A DNA stretch of 64,000 bases from the NCBI GenBank assembly GCA_002269645.1, contig NIVC01000414.1:310001-374000 (forward strand). The letters run 5' to 3'. Position numbers and translations under genes: made by a program. Position 1 is the first letter of the stretch. Every line of letters starts with the position of its first letter. This document shows, one piece after another, positions 60,901-64,000 of the stretch. The notes beneath the pieces were generated by a model. That model was not told the DNA's origin and searched no databases. It saw only the letters and a program-made list of their open reading frames with translations. The DNA comes from Macrostomum lignano (lineage: Eukaryota).

Positions 60901-62723
60901 TGGCAAAACCAGTTTTCTTTGTCGCTGCTTCCCAGTCCTCTGGTGTCTTCACATCGGCTCATGCAAGCAGCAGTCAAAATCAGTCAGATTGCTCCGCAGC
61001 GGCTGGCACAAAGCTGACAAACTCAGACAGCAATAAGGATCAATCAGAAGCGATTCAGGATCCAAATGCTGGCACATATCACTCTCTGAGTGCATCTGCA
61101 GACTCATCTCAATTGGCTGAAGACAGCGAACTGAGTTGCCAGTCCAGTAAAGCTTTAAGCGTGTCACAACCTGCTGCAGCAACTGCCGCATCCGCAGTGC
61201 TAAAAATCAAGCCTTGCGCCTCAGACAGAAGCTCGGTAGATGGTCCCAGCTTCACCGAGTTCAGTCAGTCATCCAGCATGTACGCCACTGTCGATGCTGC
61301 CACCGTGAACGACTCGACCATTCGCCGGCAGTACCTCGAGTCGCTGCACGCGTCCGGCATGTACCGAACGATTGCGCAGGCGACACTCAGCGATAGCGAG
61401 ATCCGACGCCAGCTGCTGCCATCCGTTCGACGCAAATCGCTGAAGCGATCAGCAAGTTCAGCCGGACTGGAGTCATTTGTCACCGAGATGGAGTTCACTG
61501 ATAACAACGATGAGACTCGAGCTCGCTGTCTGCCGTCAGTTCTGCGCAGTAGCGCTTGCTCCGACACGAACGATGCGTACGAGACGATTTCTGAGACTAC
61601 CGTGAGCGACGATGAAGTCCGACAAAGATTAGTGGAGTCTGTACATCCGCTTGTGGCAGAGCGGTCCAGAGAAGCAGCTGATGCACCGACATTCGTCACC
61701 GAGGCTGAGTACACAGAGACCGACAGTGAGATCAGGCAGCAGCTTGTGCATTCGCTGCGAGCATCTCGATTGTACACCACAGTGGAGTCGGAGAAGACCG
61801 TGGATGATTCCTCAGTGAGGCGGTGGCACATTGCATCAGTTAGGCCTGAGCGGTCGCTGCCAGATGCCAACAGATCAGGTAGCCAAGTGCTTGAAGGTAC
61901 TTTCACTACAGAATGCGAGTTCACAGATGACGGCACAGCTACAAGAGCCAGGTGCTTGCCTTCTGTCCGAGCTGCTGGCTTTGATAGCAACGAATACGAG
62001 ACTGTGGCTGAGGCTACTGTGGCTGAAGATGAGGCCAGGCGGCAGCTGGTTGCATCGGTCCGTCCGCGGGCTTCTGTGGCTGAAGATGAGGCCAGGCAGC
62101 TCATCAGCGGAGCGTCAGCATCCCGAATATCAAGGACTCAAACCAGGGACGTACCATCCGTCTCTCCCAATGAGCCGAGCGTCGCCGTCTTCGAGACGGT
62201 GTCGGAGACAACGCTGAGCGACGACGAAGTCAGACGGCAGTTCATCGGAGGCGAAGCGGCGGCGGTCGAGCGGACTGCCGAGGCGGCGCCACCGTCGAAT
62301 CGTCGCCGGCATCGCCGAGCTTCCGCGGACTCGAGCTACTTCTACGACCCGCACGGCTGCCTGAGCCAGGAGGCCAAGTCCCGCCGGGTCAGCCTGGCGC
62401 CGCACCTGCTGCCGCTGGCCAGCTTCAGCTTCTTCTGCGACGAGCGCGGCCGCGAGTTCGACCTGTCGGCGCTCCGCCAGGTGAGCCTGCAGACCAGAGA
62501 CGTTGACGAGCAGCGGCTGGCCATCGAGGCCGCCGTGGCGAAGGCATCGCGGTGGAGCCGGCGGATCCGCAACAACCCGCCGGTGCGGCTACGGCCCCCC
62601 GGCAGCGTGCGGGTGTTCGGCTTTCTGCAGCACCCGGTGCGCATCATGGACCGCGTGCTCATCGGCTTCCTGGAGCCGGCGGAGCACCAAAGACTCAAGC
62701 GGCTGCTCGATGACCGTGGATGA
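57996..62723 (+). CDS. Intronless 1575-aa orphan protein: basic N-terminus, Ser/Ala-rich 104-119-aa repeats, about 25-30-aa 'DxExRRQL' repeats and a GC-rich C-terminal domain
   Basis: Uninterrupted 4728-nt ORF; repeat spacings are all multiples of 3; AATAAA at 63211. No family recognised. Confidence 0.85.
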   Translation: MKTRSSNSKSRKKQNSKRAGNTSSSCGAKNAKPAKKSRQCRASRFRLSELNLAPETTLSLSSNSGLGGICTRRSSRSQTRLQQLQQSADSTLIIGEPEHRPGPQLKRGVTSQVRTEANDTMLNLSAPAVSLSRSISAPVRGRAARQHLVVAKRQKAAATTMESRFADESKASQKENQEKVEVEKPTASCCNRSVSDTQEQEHPSAAEVEHEHSRIAASQAGSFSRASMSTGVSNYENQSNSSVMASTKLSDLEGNVVQPEVTQESKADTSAVKSRAAEVAPSRLADNEERRKSCECLSVTQSAEATPATAALSDRSVAVSAHPSNSQNQLDGSVAINTKTSDATKTGIEDNVVQLEVTQEPNAGAAYQSLCFSADESSAAQADCNEAKCKSNGECLSASQAAEATPSPAIVSFSQSLMKFASTAASSQPDSFPGVSMSARASNIQNQSGRSAMTNECNRTSSVIKPDIEDSVVQWEASREPNNATYQSMCLSSNQSNRDQVSPSRLADYSKVSCTPSEHVYVSKSAEATSSKTIKNQESFRRPVSVAASGSSPVSGVFSSAHVSNIRNSLDSSVVASTKTSNALKKTEPNAVTYQSLCFSADDSSAAQASSSRLADYSRVNCKSSCGRLSVSQAAKGSASSATFDGRKSSIKPLSIVACDPDAVPGVFVPAPISNSNKLFQAQSDQSEATKKPNATAYQSLCFSADDSSAAQASFSRLADYSRVNCKSSCGRLSVSQAAKGSASSATFDGSKSSIKPLSIVACDPDAVPGVFVPAPISNSNKLFQAQSDQSEATKKPNATAYQSLCFSADDSSAAQASFSRLVDCSEAKCKSTGKCLSVPKSVKAILKSRESLIKPASIVASEPVSFSGVFVSADVATYRNQSNNSTVASTEPIDSPGKVVQSDATQQSNAGTYPSLCFSADCSNAAQASSAQVANYNELRRESSGELLSAPESARETSASAMLSSKSLAKPVFFVAASQSSGVFTSAHASSSQNQSDCSAAAGTKLTNSDSNKDQSEAIQDPNAGTYHSLSASADSSQLAEDSELSCQSSKALSVSQPAAATAASAVLKIKPCASDRSSVDGPSFTEFSQSSSMYATVDAATVNDSTIRRQYLESLHASGMYRTIAQATLSDSEIRRQLLPSVRRKSLKRSASSAGLESFVTEMEFTDNNDETRARCLPSVLRSSACSDTNDAYETISETTVSDDEVRQRLVESVHPLVAERSREAADAPTFVTEAEYTETDSEIRQQLVHSLRASRLYTTVESEKTVDDSSVRRWHIASVRPERSLPDANRSGSQVLEGTFTTECEFTDDGTATRARCLPSVRAAGFDSNEYETVAEATVAEDEARRQLVASVRPRASVAEDEARQLISGASASRISRTQTRDVPSVSPNEPSVAVFETVSETTLSDDEVRRQFIGGEAAAVERTAEAAPPSNRRRHRRASADSSYFYDPHGCLSQEAKSRRVSLAPHLLPLASFSFFCDERGREFDLSALRQVSLQTRDVDEQRLAIEAAVAKASRWSRRIRNNPPVRLRPPGSVRVFGFLQHPVRIMDRVLIGFLEPAEHQRLKRLLDDRG

Positions 62724-62776
62724 CCACTGGATGGCAGGAACTCCTGTTAAAGGGTCGCAACGCTTTTCGGGTTGTT

Positions 62777-62975
62777 GGGTAGCCAGCCTCCCAGATCCTC
62801 AGTTGCTGGGCCAGCCTCCCAGTTGCTGGGCCAGCCTCCCAGTTGCTGGGCCAGCCTCCCAGTTGCTGGGCCAGCCTCCCAGTTGCTGGGCCAGCCTCCC
62901 AGATCCTTAGTTACTGGGCCACCAGCCTTCCAGATCCTCAGTTGCTGGGCCACCAGCCTCCCAGGTACCCAGTTG
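62777..62975. repeat. 28-bp minisatellite family (ctgggccagcctcccagatcctcagttg), reverse complement of the 32158 array
   Basis: Direct sequence match to 32158-32729. Confidence 0.9.
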
Positions 62976-63749
62976 CAATTTCAATAATTTGTGCCCAATC
63001 AGCCACTACAGACTCGCCCACATGAACTGCATCGGCATGTCCTGAAGGTGCACTGCATCATTGTTACTCATGTTTTTAGCAATTCCATTTTCTTACACAG
63101 CTTTTTAATCTGAAATTTGCTCTGCTGGGCTGTCTGCCACTCTGTTAAATCGCGCAAATTAATTTTAAACTTTTATTGCAGAATATTTTATAACTTTTAC
63201 ATACTTTTACAATAAATTGACGTGCAGCAGGGTCATTGGGTCATGTTTCTATTGTGAAAGCATTTTTGTTAACTAAAAATTCTGGATATTTGTGCTGCTT
63301 TAAAATCAACCCAGTTTCATCCTCTACATTTTTTGTAGAAACAAGTTTTCCGTTTATACTACTGCCAACATTTTTAGTAGTAGTATAAATAGCATTAGTT
63401 TAAATTTGAATCATATTAATCTAATAATATTGCACATATTCGCGTCATAAAGTACCTTGTTATTGTTATTGCTGGGCCATGTTGTCATATTGTTATCTGC
63501 ATTGTTTTTAGATGCATTTTTAATGTATAATACGCTCGTAAATCATTGCTATTTGTTTATATTGTCGCTAGTTAAATATTTATTAGTGTGTCTCACAGCA
63601 GCTCAATGTTCAACTCCAGCTGCTGCACATGTACATTTCCATTTGTATAAATATCTGATATGAACATCCATTGTGTTTATTAGTGCTCACTTATTTATTC
63701 ATAATCCTGAGCTGTCTTCTCATGGCTTTTCTCACCACTCTCACTCACC

Positions 63750-63870
63750 TTCACCCATCTCCCTCTCACCCATCTCCCTGTCACCCATCTCCCTCTCACC
63801 CATCTCCCTGTCACCCATCTCCCTCTCACCCATCTCCCTGTCACCATCCCCCTCTCCATCTCCTTCCCCT
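63750..63870. repeat. 15-bp minisatellite (tcacccatctccctc)
   Basis: Visible periodicity. Confidence 0.88.
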
Positions 63871-64000
63871 GCAGCAGGCTGGCAGCCGCAAGTCTCTGAG
63901 AATTTCTCACTCAGCTCAGTTTCTGGCATGGCCCCCTCATTCCGAGTTTCTTTGCGCTCCGCTCGCCCCACCTGTTTCTTTAATTAGCAACAGTCTCTCA

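Noticed and set aside
62545-62600. CENP-C-like motif (RWSRRIRNNPP) in the orphan protein
   Set aside because: Lacks the diagnostic aromatic pair (YW) after the Pro, and no cupin domain follows.

Overview
Eukaryotic (invertebrate) genomic DNA. GC-rich exons sit in introns filled by minisatellites; this style resembles free-living flatworms such as Macrostomum, but that is an inference only. Five protein-coding loci can be rebuilt by hand from GT-AG boundaries. (1) The 3' half of a tropomyosin gene (+, 1709-6531) carries two interleaved sets of C-terminal exons. (2) A 9-exon inositol-pentakisphosphate 2-kinase IPPK/IPK1 (-, 25343-9468, 584 aa). (3) An intronless CREC/calumenin-like EF-hand gene ending in HDEL, nested antisense in an IPPK intron (+, 16820-17989). 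(4) A 4-coding-exon USP6NL/RN-tre TBC RabGAP (-, 34307-29309, 485 aa). (5) An intronless 1575-aa orphan ORF (+, 57996-62723) built from two internal repeat families plus a distinct C-terminal domain. The interval 33-58 kb is mostly mobile-element relics: tandem non-autonomous Helitrons, MULE-like MITEs, a decayed R2-type LINE and an inverted pair of tRNA-SINEs, several showing CpG decay. It also holds a dense immediate-early-type promoter (TATA, 2 CArG/ETS, MEF2, 4 AP-1, 2 FoxO) at about 52.2-52.6 kb pointing toward the USP6NL-like gene. Most ORFs in the supplied track are artefacts of tandem repeats. Coordinates were counted by hand; exon ends should be accurate to a few bases, and repeat ends are approximate.
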